DNA of 64,000 nt from Octopus sinensis (Eukaryota), in NCBI RefSeq assembly GCF_006345805.1, contig NC_043019.1:10849360-10913359 (forward strand), written 5' to 3'. The notes under the pieces were generated by a model, which had not been told where the DNA came from, ran no database searches, and saw nothing but the letters and a program-made list of their open reading frames with translations. Of this stretch, positions 36,539-48,960 are shown piece after piece; position 1 is the stretch's first letter, and every line of letters begins with the position of its first letter. A program made the translations under genes and the position numbers.

Positions 36539-36921
36539 TTTGCAAGTCTGTAGTACCACCTATCTAGACTGTGAAATGCAAGCATTTTGGAGTGGTTATC
36601 TCCTCTTCTGTCAGACACTAGGCAGGGGATGCTGCAAACTGATAAAAGAGATTGCTTCTCTTGTGCTAATTTAGTCACCATAGTGATTAGTGCTGATTAG
36701 TGCTATGCAGTGGCTCACCATAAGCAAATTATGGAGTGGGGAGCACTAATCAGTGATGTGCAGTTTGAATATGCCAGTGGCATGTTCAAACTCATAGATA
36801 AGCCATTCACTGTGTTTTGTCATGGAGAAAATTCCTCGATGTAGACGAATGGTGTAAATACACCTGGATGAGTTTTGCAGCATTAGACTTACAAACAAGA
36901 AAGAAAGGAAGAGAATGGAAG

Positions 36922-37335
36922 GGATCTTTTCAGTTTGAACGGCAGTTTTTTCTAGCGGTGTCATATGAAATTGTCATCCATAATTATGACCCTAGTATCG
37001 ATCTATTGCATTTCAATCTGTTTTAGGGTTAGGGGTGGGGTAAGGGTATCTTTTTTTCTTCACAAATGTAAATAAACTCAATCTGTTTCTTAAACGAGGG
37101 ACATATTCATACGGCACAGAATATTTTTTTTTACTTCAATAGATGTCATTGATTGGTTGAAATTGCAGAAATTGAAGAAAAAAAACAACAAACATCTTAC
37201 AAACCATAGAATTTTCTCGATAAAGCCAAGAGAAAAAGTTGTTTTATAAACACATTCTACCAGTATACGAAGTTTAAAAGAGTTTAGTTACGTGGAAATT
37301 ATTTTAAAAAACTGCTGTTCAAACCGAAAAGATCC
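36922..37335. mobile_element. MITE with 30-bp TIRs (GGATCTTTTC..) and an apparent 5-bp TSD GGAAG
   Basis: TIRs match at 28/30. GGAAG at 36917-36921 and 37336-37340. Confidence 0.75.
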
Positions 37336-37355
37336 GGAAGTAAAAGTTATCTCAC

Positions 37356-37428
37356 CTTGGCATATTCTAACGGTGTTTCAATAACTGCACGAGCAGTAGC
37401 TGCACAAGCGCCGGCCAGTAACACTCGG
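37356..37428 (-). CDS. SLC25 carrier exon 5 (RVLLAGACAATARAVIETPLEYAK)
   Basis: Second signature PLEYAK. CCTCAG acceptor, AAG|GTGAG donor. Confidence 0.93.
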
Positions 37429-38608
37429 CTGAGGAATGGAAATTAGGAAAAAATGGTTAAAAATAGAAACTGTGTTAATTTTAATGGGTGGGCGTGGTTT
37501 GGAGGGGATCTAGTGAAGTGGGCTCAAGAAACGTTTTTTTTTTTTGTTTTTTTCTGATCACCATATGAATTCCTGTGTGTAGAACACAAATTCGCAAAAG
37601 TTTTCTGAAAATTCCAAAAATATAGAAACGCTATGTGGGGTTATATGGGGTGCTTACATCGGAATTCTGCTTAAATTTGTATTTGATATAAGCATATGTC
37701 AAGTTATGTCTGTCCTTAACTGGTTCTAAGATGTGTGACTTCACTTGAAAAATGATGTCACATGAAAATCATCATCATCATCGTTTAACGTCCGTTTTCC
37801 ATGCTAGCATGGGTTGGACAGTTCGACCGGGGTCTGTGAAGCCAGAAGGCTGCACCAGGCTCCAGTCTGATCTGGCAGTGTTTCTACAGCTGGATGCCCT
37901 TCTTAACGCCAATAAAACATTTAAAAAAATTTACTGACCCATATCTGTTTTAATAAATGGTCTGTACATATTTTCCTGTGTATTTTATTTGATTTTTTTC
38001 CACTTCAGTGTTGATTTTTTTTTAGGTGTTTTTTAATTATTAAAATCTTTATGCTTTTAACCCTATAACATTAAGATTACTCTGTCAAATATTATGCTTA
38101 TTTATTCACATTGTTCTTAAGTGGTTAGGGCGTTGGACTCACAATCATGAGGTAGGTGAGTTCAATTCTTGGGCTGGGCTGTGTGTTGTGTTCTTGAGCA
38201 AGACACTTTATTTCATGTTGCTCCAGTTCACACATCTGTAGAAATGAGTTGCGATGTCACTGGTGCCAAGCTGTATCAGCCTTTGCCTTTCCCTTGGACA
38301 ACATTGGTGGCATGGAGAGTGGGGGGGGGTTGATATGCATGGGTGACTGTTGGTCTTCCATAAACAACCTTGCCCGGACTTGTGCCTCGAAGGGGAACTT
38401 TCTAGGTGTAATCTCATGGTCATTCATGATTGAAGGGGGTCTTGATCATTATCTATTATCACAAGGTCTTCCAGCCATGACTCTCTTGTCTTTTTCCTCT
38501 GGCATAGTGCATACAGAAAAACATTATCTCTACATGTTTTTATGTGTCTAGCTCTAAGATGGTAGAATGTGACTCAATGAAGATTTGGCTCCTGTTTCTA
38601 GCAGGTCA

Positions 38609-38946
38609 TGGACATATTTACAAAGTCAGAAAACAGAACAGCACAGCTCCCATGACTTTAGGAAACATTGTTTCACGCTGAGAGTTGCTGAAGCATGGAA
38701 CAAACTGCCGGCGTCGGTTGTTAGTTGTCGGAGCACTGCATCCTTCAAAACTTCCACGCTTTCTGAGATTCGCCAACACTACACCTGATTTTCTCCCCTC
38801 CATACACACGCAAGCATGTATCTGACTCATACATTGTTCGCTTTCCAGACATTTGTACATTACTGCACATACTTTATACGCACTTTCTGACAAGTTGTGG
38901 TGCACCTGAGCACTGTATACAATAATTTCATTATTATTATTATTAT
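38609..38946 (+). mobile_element. CR1/L2-type LINE 3' end, about 340 bp. Second copy at 49415-49758(-)
   Basis: HDFRKHCFTLRVAEAWNKLP...EIRQHYT* plus (ATT)n tail. Confidence 0.85.
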
Positions 38947-39981
38947 TTGTAAGTTGCTACCTCAAAAGATAGAAAGACGCTATGATACATGAGTCATATC
39001 TAGAACAGATACCTGACCTCATTATTCTTTAATTATTTGGCTGATTGAGCATGTATATGACTGATCAAAGGTGTTCTCTCTTCAAGAATAGCATATATGT
39101 ATGAATGATGTGTGTGTGTGCGTCTCCCATTTTTTAAAACTGTTTTGCCTTTAAACTGGTCCTATCCAACCCAAGTATTCTACCTATTTCAAGTCCATAC
39201 TGGGCAGATCCAGCCTCTCACATCTACCCTACAATGTCATTCTAAAAGTAAACAATCACCTCATTGAAACTTCAAAGCTATGAGATGATAATGCATGATT
39301 AAGTCAAAGGAATGTGAATAAATAAACATTACATTCGACAGAGTAATCTGAATGCTAAAGGGTTAAGATGGTAGGGTATAATATATATGGGCTATCTGGC
39401 TGCTATTTTTAGCAGGCTGAGTAATCACAGAGTCTTTTATTGGCTTGTTATAAAATTTTGTCATTGGGTGACAAGATTTCGCAAATTAGGGACCAAGCTT
39501 AGGATAAAAGAAACTAATTCTAGATGTTTATAATAGGATAAATAAGAACATGTGAAGGGGTAGCGGATGAGCTAGGGTATGCATATATTTTGAAAATATC
39601 TCATGGAGTGATGGTCGTGTCCTAAATAATTGTGGGCTGCCCCTTGGCAGGACACAGCACCCAGCCACTTTGTCAGGGATACAGTAAAGTAATGAGACTG
39701 CAGCATGGCAGATTGTGAAGAGGTAATGGAAGAGCTCAACTGAGCCAATGGTGCTTCTTACATTGATACTGAGCGGAGGAACCCTAAAAGTTAGGATCAC
39801 CAAGCTCCACTAAGAGAGTAGCTGTAACGTATCCATGGTCATGTAATTAGCTAATGAAAGATTCATTATAACTCAGGCTCCCAATTCAAATTTATTATAA
39901 GGAATTCGATGGCAACAGAGAATCATGGAAATCTGCAAAAGTAGCAAATAAAAAAAAGTTGAGAAGACAAAAAATACTTAC

Positions 39982-40044
39982 ATTTGAATTCCTCCTGATA
40001 ATGGAATTGTGGATTTTCCAAATGGTGTGTCTAAAAAGGTATAT
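39982..40044 (-). CDS. SLC25 carrier exon 4 (YTFLDTPFGKSTIPLSGGIQ)
   Basis: TTTCAG acceptor, AT|GTAAGT donor, phase 2 to 2. Confidence 0.9.
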
Positions 40045-40823
40045 CTGAAAGTATTTAGATATGATACATGGTTGTAGAAAGTATTTAGATTATGATACAG
40101 AGGTGCAGGTATGGCTGTGTGGTAAGAAGTTTTGCTTCTCAATCACGTGCTTCTGGGTTCAGTCCCACTGTGTAGCACCTTGGGCAAGTGTTTTGTATAG
40201 CCCCAAGCTGACCAAAGCTTTGTGAATGAATGTGGTAGACAGAAACTGAAAGAAGCAGGTCGTGTGTGAGTGTGTATGTGTGTATATATAATATATATAT
40301 ATATATTATATATATATATATATATAGGCACAGGCATGGCTGTGTTGTAAGAAGTAAGAAGCTTGCTGTCCCATCATATTGTTCTGGGTTCAGTCCCACT
40401 GTGTAGGACAGTTGGAAGAAAAAACAAGAATATTCTGGCTGGATATGGTTGGCTTAAATGCAAAGTTACCACTCAAGTCATCAATCATTCTTGAGTGATG
40501 ACTTGAGTGATGATTAGATGGTCCTTGTTGTTCAGATGGCTGAAACTTCTTAACCACACAGCTACAGCAACACAATTTGATCCTGGGTCTGTTGAATTAG
40601 AGATGACCTGGGAAAACAACAACAAAATAACTAGCATAGCTGGGGGTAGTGGCAGGGGCAGCACTTTTCATCCTGTTGTAGGCTGTTGCTGTAGGCAATA
40701 TGTTTTTTTTATGGGGTCCAGGGGCTGCAAACGGAAGGGCTGCCTCAGGTGGCACATACTCTAGTTATGCTAGTGAACAAAATATCTAAAAAATACATTA
40801 AAAAAAAAAAATCAAATACTTAC

Positions 40824-40892
40824 GCCCCTTCAAAAACTGCAAACTGCGTAGAGCGAAATATTCCTGAGCCCCATAATGGTGGAATACAACCC
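40824..40892 (-). CDS. SLC25 carrier exon 3 (GCIPPLWGSGIFRSTQFAVFEG)
   Basis: TACAG acceptor, GC|GTAAGT donor, phase 2 to 2. Helix 2. Confidence 0.93.
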
Positions 40893-42197
40893 CTGTAAAT
40901 ATAAGAGATTGAAACAGAGTGGTAAGTGGTATTACTGTATTATCAAGGGAAACTTAATGAGTAATTAAGGAAGTGCTGTTAGGTTGTTTGTAAATAATAG
41001 AGGTCTGTAGCACTTCATTTCTGTCCAATCCATTGACCCACTTCACTTAAATTCCTTGTACCTCGAGAGACTGTCCTGACACATCTCCACTACTATAGAC
41101 TCTGTCTTCTCTCATTTCCAACTGGGGCAGCCCTGTATGAGGGGATGCTGCAAAGTCCCTGCCTTTGGGTAAAAGAAAATACAGGAAGATCAGTTAATTA
41201 TGATTTTATTCAACATATTCCCTTCTCAGATTCACACACTTATTGCAGAGGTCCTTCAGTTTTTCTAAGCCATGTAAAAGAACTCAGAACGTTGGGCCTC
41301 CAATCAGGCCTTTCGCAAAACCCTCAAAGTCAGGAACTTTTCAGTAAATCCTTGTATCTCCTTTACAGAAATACAATTGTTTTGGTCCCTCTATAATACA
41401 TAAACTCCTCAATACTACTACCACTACTGAGTTGAGGGGCAGAAGGGGGTTTTGTCATGCAAGACTTATTGCAGCAGTCCTTCAGTTTTTGTAAGCCCTG
41501 TAAAAGAACTTGGAAGGTCAGGCCTCCAACCAGACCTTTCATGATACCCTTAAAGCCAGGAACTTTTCAGCACCCCCTATATATATATATGTGTTTGTGT
41601 TTCTGTGTCTGTATTTGTATCCCTCCTCCACTGCCTGACAACTGGTATTGGTGTGTTTATGTCCCTATAACTTAGTGGTTCGGCAAAAGAGACCAATAGC
41701 ATAAAGTACTAGGCTTAAAATTTGACTAGAAATTCTTCAAGTTGGTACCCCAGCATGGGCCTGGTCTAATGACTAAAACAAGTAAAAAAATAAAAGATTT
41801 CCTGAGGGTTCAGTCTTGTGAGTTGCCTGACTGAACAGCCCCTGCGAATATGAGAGGGCTTCATCTGGCCAGTTTGAACTATTTTGGCTGGGTACGACTG
41901 GCTCAAGTGCTAAAGGGTTAAAGTCAATGTAGGAGCTTCTATCTGGTTTATTAATCAGCAAGAAATAACAGCCAAATCTTCCTGAAATCACACCATAACA
42001 GCATATAAGATGACATGTAGGATGGATAATGTAATCTTAGATACAATGTGAAGGTGATGGCAAGGGCAGGGGTGGTGACGATGGCGATGATAATCTAGGG
42101 ACTATAATGGAAAAGCAGTGTTGGGTTCTTAAAGATTTTTACCTTGGTTTTCTTGGGTTTATTTATTTTTCTTTTTTAGTAATAAAGGATTGCTTAC

Positions 42198-42351
42198 CTG
42201 TAGAAGCCTCGAATTCCCTGAGTTTGAAAAGTCTTCACAAAAGTCTGAAACATGTTGGTCCTTTCAAAACCATGTTGACCCTGCATTTTTGTTTTGATTG
42301 TGTCAATGGGATGCCCCACCGAAATGCTGGTCAAGCCATAGAGTACACCAA
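42198..42351 (-). CDS. SLC25 carrier exon 2 (VGVLYGLTSISVGHPIDTIKTKMQ...GIRGFYR)
   Basis: Carrier signature P-x-D-x-x-K-x-K. TTTCAG acceptor, AG|GTAAG donor. Confidence 0.95.
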
Positions 42352-42419
42352 CTGAAAAAAACGTAAAAAAGAAATTAAAAAAAACCTTACACAAAAAGAT
42401 AAAAGTCTGTTTTCTTGAT

Positions 42420-42760
42420 TATCCATCCATCTTCCCTGCACACTATTCCATGAAGGATCATAGGGTTAGGGGCCTCAGGCTGCCCCTCTTTCATAAGTTA
42501 GATTTCCAAGTGCGACTAACTGAGACTATGGATAGTAGCCGACCATCAAATTCTTGGTCTACCCCTGGATATTCTGCCAGTTGTGGCCAAAGTCCTCAGG
42601 CACCTCCTCCATAGGGTCCTGTCAGGAGCAGCCATAATCACACTTTCCAACTGGATTCCCAAGCATGACCAAATGAGACGGTGGACTTTATCCAATTATC
42701 TTTTTCTTGGTCTACCTCCAGGCCTCCTGCCTCTTAACTCAGCTTGAAGAATCTGTCTCG
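42420..42760 (-). mobile_element. RTE-clade LINE 3' end (decayed)
   Basis: GRRPGGRPRKR...APDRTLWRR frame plus (GGAT)n-like tail. Confidence 0.6.
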
Positions 42761-43715
42761 TGATTCCTTCCCCGTGACCTCCTTGGTATGGTGAATATTA
42801 ATATATGAGAATAGCACAGACTGTAGTTGTGTATTGGTGTTATATTAGCTGAGATGGTGTGATTATGGCTATAGTTGGGGTGTAGTAGTTTAGTATTGGT
42901 AATTAGTACAACAGCAAGTGATGTCGTAGATCTGCATGACACAACATGTGTGGTAAAGGGGGGGTGTATTTAGGAGCAATTGAAATAAAAATTAACTCAC
43001 AGAAATAAAAATTAACAGTCACAGCCCCACCAACTCTCTTGCTGCAATTATGAAGAAACCAGAACCATTGCACTGGTCCAGGATATATCATATTATATTA
43101 TGTCATATATAAATAGCAATTTTTGTCTCTCTGTTACCTTAGTGCCTAAACCAGCGAACCAATATTCACGAAACTTAGCATACGTGTTACACTCACATCT
43201 AGTTCAATAATAGGCCAATTGAATTTCAATGAAAATCTATAATGTGCCTCTCCCAGTGGGGTTGGGCGAATTATATGATAAAATGAAGAGGGTGCAAAAA
43301 GTATTGGTTGAGCGATAAGCAGTAACAGAGTGAGGGTGACTTATATCAGGGAAGGTGAGAACAGTGTTATGTAAGTGACAAATATTGAGTGGCAATGGGA
43401 TGCTAATGTTAATAACAGCTGTCATATAGATATGATGTTGCATACATACTTTTGTAAATACATAGCTACAACACAAACACACACATACATTCTATTGAGA
43501 GATGAATCTGGTTTTCATTTTGGAGATGTGCATGTCAGGGTTACTGAGAGAGAGAGAGAGAGAAAGAATTTTTTGGTCCAAGATATTATAGCAGTTTGGC
43601 AAAGAGAGACCAACAGAAGTGCTAGGCTTTAAAAAAGAAAAGTCCTGGGGTCCAGCATGGCTTCAGTCGAATGACTGAAAATAATGAATAAAAGAATGTA
43701 TATATGAAACAGAAT

Positions 43716-44012
43716 GGAGGCACATGGCCTAGTGGTTAGAGCAGCAGACTTGTGGTTGAAGGATTGCAGGTTCAAATCTCAGACCGTGTGATGTGTGTGT
43801 TTATGAGCGAAACACCCAAGCTCCACGTGGTTCCAGCAGAAGGTAATGGTGAAACTTCTGCTGACTCTTTCGCCACAACTTTCGCTCACTCTTTCCTCCT
43901 GCATCTAGCAACTCACCTGCGATGGACTGGTGTCCTGTCCAGGTGGGGAACCTATATGCCAACGAAACCGGAAAACCGGCCCTTATGAGCCAAGCATGGC
44001 TTGAGAAGGAAC
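43716..44012 (+). mobile_element. SINE family G (tRNA head, CTGCGATGGACTGG segment, (AAC)n-like tail). Second copy at 52103-52400(-)
   Basis: GGCCTAGTGGTTAGAGC head. The 52-kb copy has a 12-bp target site duplication. Confidence 0.8.
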
Positions 44013-45033
44013 AAACAAACAACAACATATAAGAGCACACACACAAATAATGCATCTGTGATTGTGTGTATATATATCTATATAAACACACACATACCTA
44101 TATACACTCTTTTGAGAGAAGAATCTGGCCTATATTTTGGAGATGTGTGCTTGAGTGTTACTGTATGTATTGAGGGGGTGGGAGAAGGATGTATCTGTGT
44201 CTCAGTGACTGTCGTCTGCCACTGTGTGCCAACTATTTTACAATAAACTTATGTAAGCGAGAAGAAAGGGTACACACACACTTAATACTTATGCACAAAT
44301 TACATATGCATATCTCCATACATGCATACATTATCATACAAAGATATGTACACATATTTACATATGCACTCATTAGTATATATAGATAAGCACACACACA
44401 CACACATATATATATATATGCACCACACATACATATATATGCACATGTATGTATACACGTACATTATTACATATAAATATGCATGCACATATATAGAAAT
44501 ACATGCATACATATGCACACATACATACACATGGACATTATTATACATAGATATGCATACATATATATCTATGCACATATACATACAGATGCACATAATC
44601 ATACATAGATATGCACATATATATGCACACACATATGCATACACATATATGCACATGAACATACACATTATTATACATAGATATGCACACTTCTGTACAC
44701 ATGTACATAATCATACATATGTATATATGCACACATATATATATTTCTTTACTACCCACAAGGGGCTAAACATAGAGGGGACAAACAAGGACAGACAAAC
44801 GGATTAAGTCGATTACATCGATCCCTGGTACTTAATTTATCGACCCCGAAAGGATGAAAGGCAAAGTCGACCTCGGCGGAATTTGAACTCACAACGTAAC
44901 GGCAGACGAAATACCGCTAAGCATTTCGCCCGGCGTGCTAATGTTTCTGCCAGCTCGCCGCCTATATGCACACGCCTATATGCACACATATATAAGCATA
45001 CATATGTATATATGCACACACACAAACACACGC

Positions 45034-45066
<33 letters not shown>

Positions 45067-45941
45067 CAAATAAGAAAATGGAGGAGAACAATAGGCGGTT
45101 CATCAACTTTTGGACATTAAAAATGTTAACTTATTTACTTATTAAATTGATAATTATAATAACATACATACATATAGCATATTATTCTTTACATATAATA
45201 TATATACATGCACACATACATTCACATTATCATACATAGATATGCATATTTATATATTTATATGTGCATATACACATTATTATATATAAGTATGCACACA
45301 CGTATACATGCACATTAGATATGCATATATATCTAATGCATACATATTTATATATGCATGCATACTTTTTGATGCATAAATATATACAGCACATATACAT
45401 ACTCATTATTGTATACATGTATGCACACACACACACACACATATATATACATGCATACATATGCACATTTGCGCAGGCATTAGGATAGAGGAAATGAAAA
45501 GAGTTGTTTGAAGTCAAGGCCAGGCAGCTTTGGGGGAAAAATGCAACCAATGTCAATACTGCCTTTCATAAGCTCTGTGGCAGTGGGGAGGTAATGGAAT
45601 GAGTAGTACTGGAGTTATTGGGTGGATGAGTGAGGGTGTTAGTGAGAGAGTGTATGTGCGTGAGTGTGAGTGAGTGCGAAGGAGTGAGTGAATAAGTGCG
45701 TACATGAATGAGTGAGTGAGTGCACACATGCATGGGTGATTGCACACAAGCATGGCTAACTGAAATGTGGTTAGATTGGTTTCAAGACCTGGGTTCAGCC
45801 CCACTGTGTGGCACCTTAGGTAAGTGTCTTTAGTTGGGGCCCTAATCCCTAATGCAGCTGACATGTACTCAAATACCTTTAAGCCCTAGCATTTCATTTT
45901 TTCTTTCAATTTCACTCCTTTATTATTAGTCAATTGGCTAA

Positions 45942-46154
45942 CCCTTTAGCATTTAAACCGACCATATTGGGGGCCCAAATATTCTACATGTTTAATGTAG
46001 AAACTGACTAAATTCAGGCCTCTCACACCTACCCTACAATGTCATTCTAAAAACAAACTATCACATCATTGAAATCTCAAAGCTATATGATTAATTCAAA
46101 CCAATTTGCATAAATAAACATTCTGATTGACAGAATAATCTGAATGCTAAAGGG
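45942..46154. mobile_element. TTAA-flanked piggyBac-like MITE (about 212 bp). Copies at 736-947, 39140-39365; split copies at 34155-34545, 23270-23860, 51060-51740
   Basis: Ends (T/C)TAA|CCCTTTAGCATT...AATGCTAAAGGG|TTAA. Confidence 0.75.
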
Positions 46155-46589
46155 TTAATGACAAAACAATAAAAGAAATGTTAGATAAAAAGGTTAGATA
46201 AAAATTCCATATTTTATGTTCAAACTGATCAAATTTGGCCTCTCACACCTACTTTACAGTGTCATTGTAAAAATATACTATCACATCAATGAAATCCAGA
46301 AGCAACGAGATAATGAATGATTAATTCAAACCAAGGGTTAAATACCTATCCGACTAATTAATCCATCATTTGTTTAACCGATATTGGCATTATGATGTTC
46401 CCCAGGCACAACAAACTTGAATGTTTACATTACATGTCTATTATATACTACTTTGACTTGTATGATGGAAAACATGGATTTGGACAGTTTTTACCAACTT
46501 TTTTTTCCTGCCTTTAACCCTCCAACGTGGAGTTTAGGCCACTTATAGTTGAATTCCATGTAGCATAATTCTCCGCTTCTGTACTTATA

Positions 46590-46860
46590 CTCTGCCATGA
46601 ATGTCCCCCTTTCTCTAAGTTCCTTTTGTGTTGATCTACGCCACGAGTTCTTAGGCCTACCTTTCTTTCTTATATCCATCCAGATTCCACTGTAAAGCAT
46701 ATTTCGCTACATTTGGTGTGTCTTTTCTAATTGTGCTACCAATCCACTTCCACTTTTTCTTAAATATTTGCTCCCTAATCGAAACTTGATTTGTTCTTTG
46801 CCATAGCTCCATATTGCTTATGTGTTCGGGCCATCTAATTTTAACCAATTGTGATACTTA
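46590..46860 (-). mobile_element. RTE-clade LINE ORF2 fragment
   Basis: KIRWPEHISNMELWQRT...KWKWIG...ALQWN...GRPKNSWRR with a frameshift. Confidence 0.8.
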
Positions 46861-47099
46861 AAATTTAAAACCTTGCGATACCTCTAACTACTGTGTTGAA
46901 TAAACTAGGATAGTGTGAGACTCTTATTGGAACCACTGTTCTAGAGGTTTGCCATGTTCTTCCAAATGGTACTTATTGTTGATCTACAGTGCCGTGAGAC
47001 AAAATAAAAATGAACAGAAAAGGCTGTGCAGTGGACAATTAACATGGAGCTACACATCTTATATAGTGGACAGGTGTACTTTTGTTGCTGTCAACACAC

Positions 47100-48960
47100 A
47101 AAAATGTAGACAGGTATACGTCTGTCACTATCACTACAATGTAGACAGGTGTACCTCTGTCACTGTCACTACATTACAATGTAGACAGGTGTACCTCTGT
47201 CACTGTCACTACACTACAGACAGGTGTACCTTTGTCACTGTCACTACACTACACTACAGACAGGTGTACCTTTGTCACTGTCACTACACTAAAGACAGGC
47301 GTACCTCTGTCACTGTCACTACACTACAGACAGGTATACCTCCGTCACTCACTACACTACAGACAGGTATACCTCCGTCACTGTCACTACACTACAGACA
47401 GGTATACCTCCGTCACTGTCACTACACTACAGACAGGTATACCTCCGTCACTGTCACTACACTACAGACAGGTATACCTCCGTCACTCACTACACTACAG
47501 ACAGGTATACCTCCGTCACTCACTACACTACAGACAGGTATACCTCCGTCACTCACTACACTACAGACAGGTATACCTCCGTCACTGTCACTACACTACA
47601 GACAGGTATACCTCCGTCACTCACTACACTACAGACAGGTATACCTCCGTCACTCACTACACTACAGACAGGTATACCTCCGTCACTCACTACACTACAG
47701 ACAGGTATACCTCCGTCACTGTCACTACACTACAGACAGGTATACCTCCGTCACTGTCACTACACTACAGACAGGTATACCTCCGTCACTGTCACTACAC
47801 TACAGACAGGTATACCTCCGTCACTGTCACTACACTACAGACAGGTATACCTCCGTCACTGTCACTACACTACAGACAGGTATACCTCCGTCACTGTCAC
47901 TACACTACAGACAGGTATACCTCCGTCACTCACTACACTACAGACAGGTATACCTCCGTCACTCACTACACTACAGACAGGTATACCTCCGTCACTCACT
48001 ACACTACAGACAGGTATACCTCCGTCACTGTCACTACACTACAGACAGGTATACCTCCGTCACTGTCACTACACTACAGACAGTATACCTCCGTCACTCA
48101 CTACACTACAGACAGGTATACCTCCGTCACTCACTACACTACAGACAGGTATACCTCCGTCACTGTCACTACACTACAGACAGGTATACCTCCGTCACTG
48201 TCACTACACTACAGACAGGTATACCTCCGTCACTGTCACTACACTACAGACAGGTATACCTCCGTCACTGTCACTACACTACAGACAGGTATACCTCCGT
48301 CACTGTCACTACACTACAGACAGGTATACCTCCGTCACTGTCACTACACTACACTACAGACAGGTATACCTCCGTCACTGTCACTACACTACAGACAGGT
48401 ATACCTCCGTCACTGTCACTACACTACAGACAGGTATACCTCCGTCACTGTCACCACACTACAATGTAGACAGGTGTACCTCCGTCACTGTCACTACACT
48501 ACAATGTAGACAGGTGTACCTCCGTCACTGTCACTACACTACAATGTAGACAGGTGTACCTCCGTCACTGTCACTACACTACAATGTAGACAGGTGTACC
48601 TCTGTCACTGTCACTACACTACAATGTAAACAGGTGTACCTCTGTTACTGTCACTACACTACAATGTAGACAGGTGTACTTCTGTCACCACACTACAATG
48701 TAGACAGGTGTACCTATGTCACTACACTACAATGTAGACAGGTGTACCTCTGTCACCACACTACAATGTAGACAGGTGTATCTCTGTCACTGTCACTACA
48801 CTACAATGTAGAAGGTGTACTTCTGTCACTACACTACAATGTAGACAGGTGTACCTCTGTTACCACACTACAATTTAGACAGGTGTATCTCTGTCACTGT
48901 CACCACACTACAATGTAGATAGGAGTACCTCTATCACTGCTACCCATACTACAATGTAGG
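47100..48960. repeat. Minisatellite array of 35/33-bp core units flanked by 40-bp diverged units
   Basis: Unit ACACTACAGACAGGTATACCTCCGTCACT(GT)CACT, 33 core copies at 47321-48455. Confidence 0.95.

Noticed and set aside
37020-37040. Interstitial telomere
   Set aside because: Only two TTAGGG units, and they are internal to the MITE.
39528-39803. Missing SLC25 exon
   Set aside because: No carrier motif. Exons 40824-40892 and 39982-40044 already complete the reading frame.
45065-45160. Hammerhead in this (TA)n insert (TTGATGA on -) and in the 58988-59055 insert
   Set aside because: No GAAA box or closing stems could be found.
47321-48455. CRISPR array
   Set aside because: The repeats are contiguous with no unique spacers, there are no cas genes, and the context is eukaryotic.
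46949-48509. 506-aa and 425-aa ORFs
   Set aside because: They are translations of the 35/33-bp satellite, which lacks stops in any frame. The unit is not a multiple of 3, so the peptides cycle through frames.
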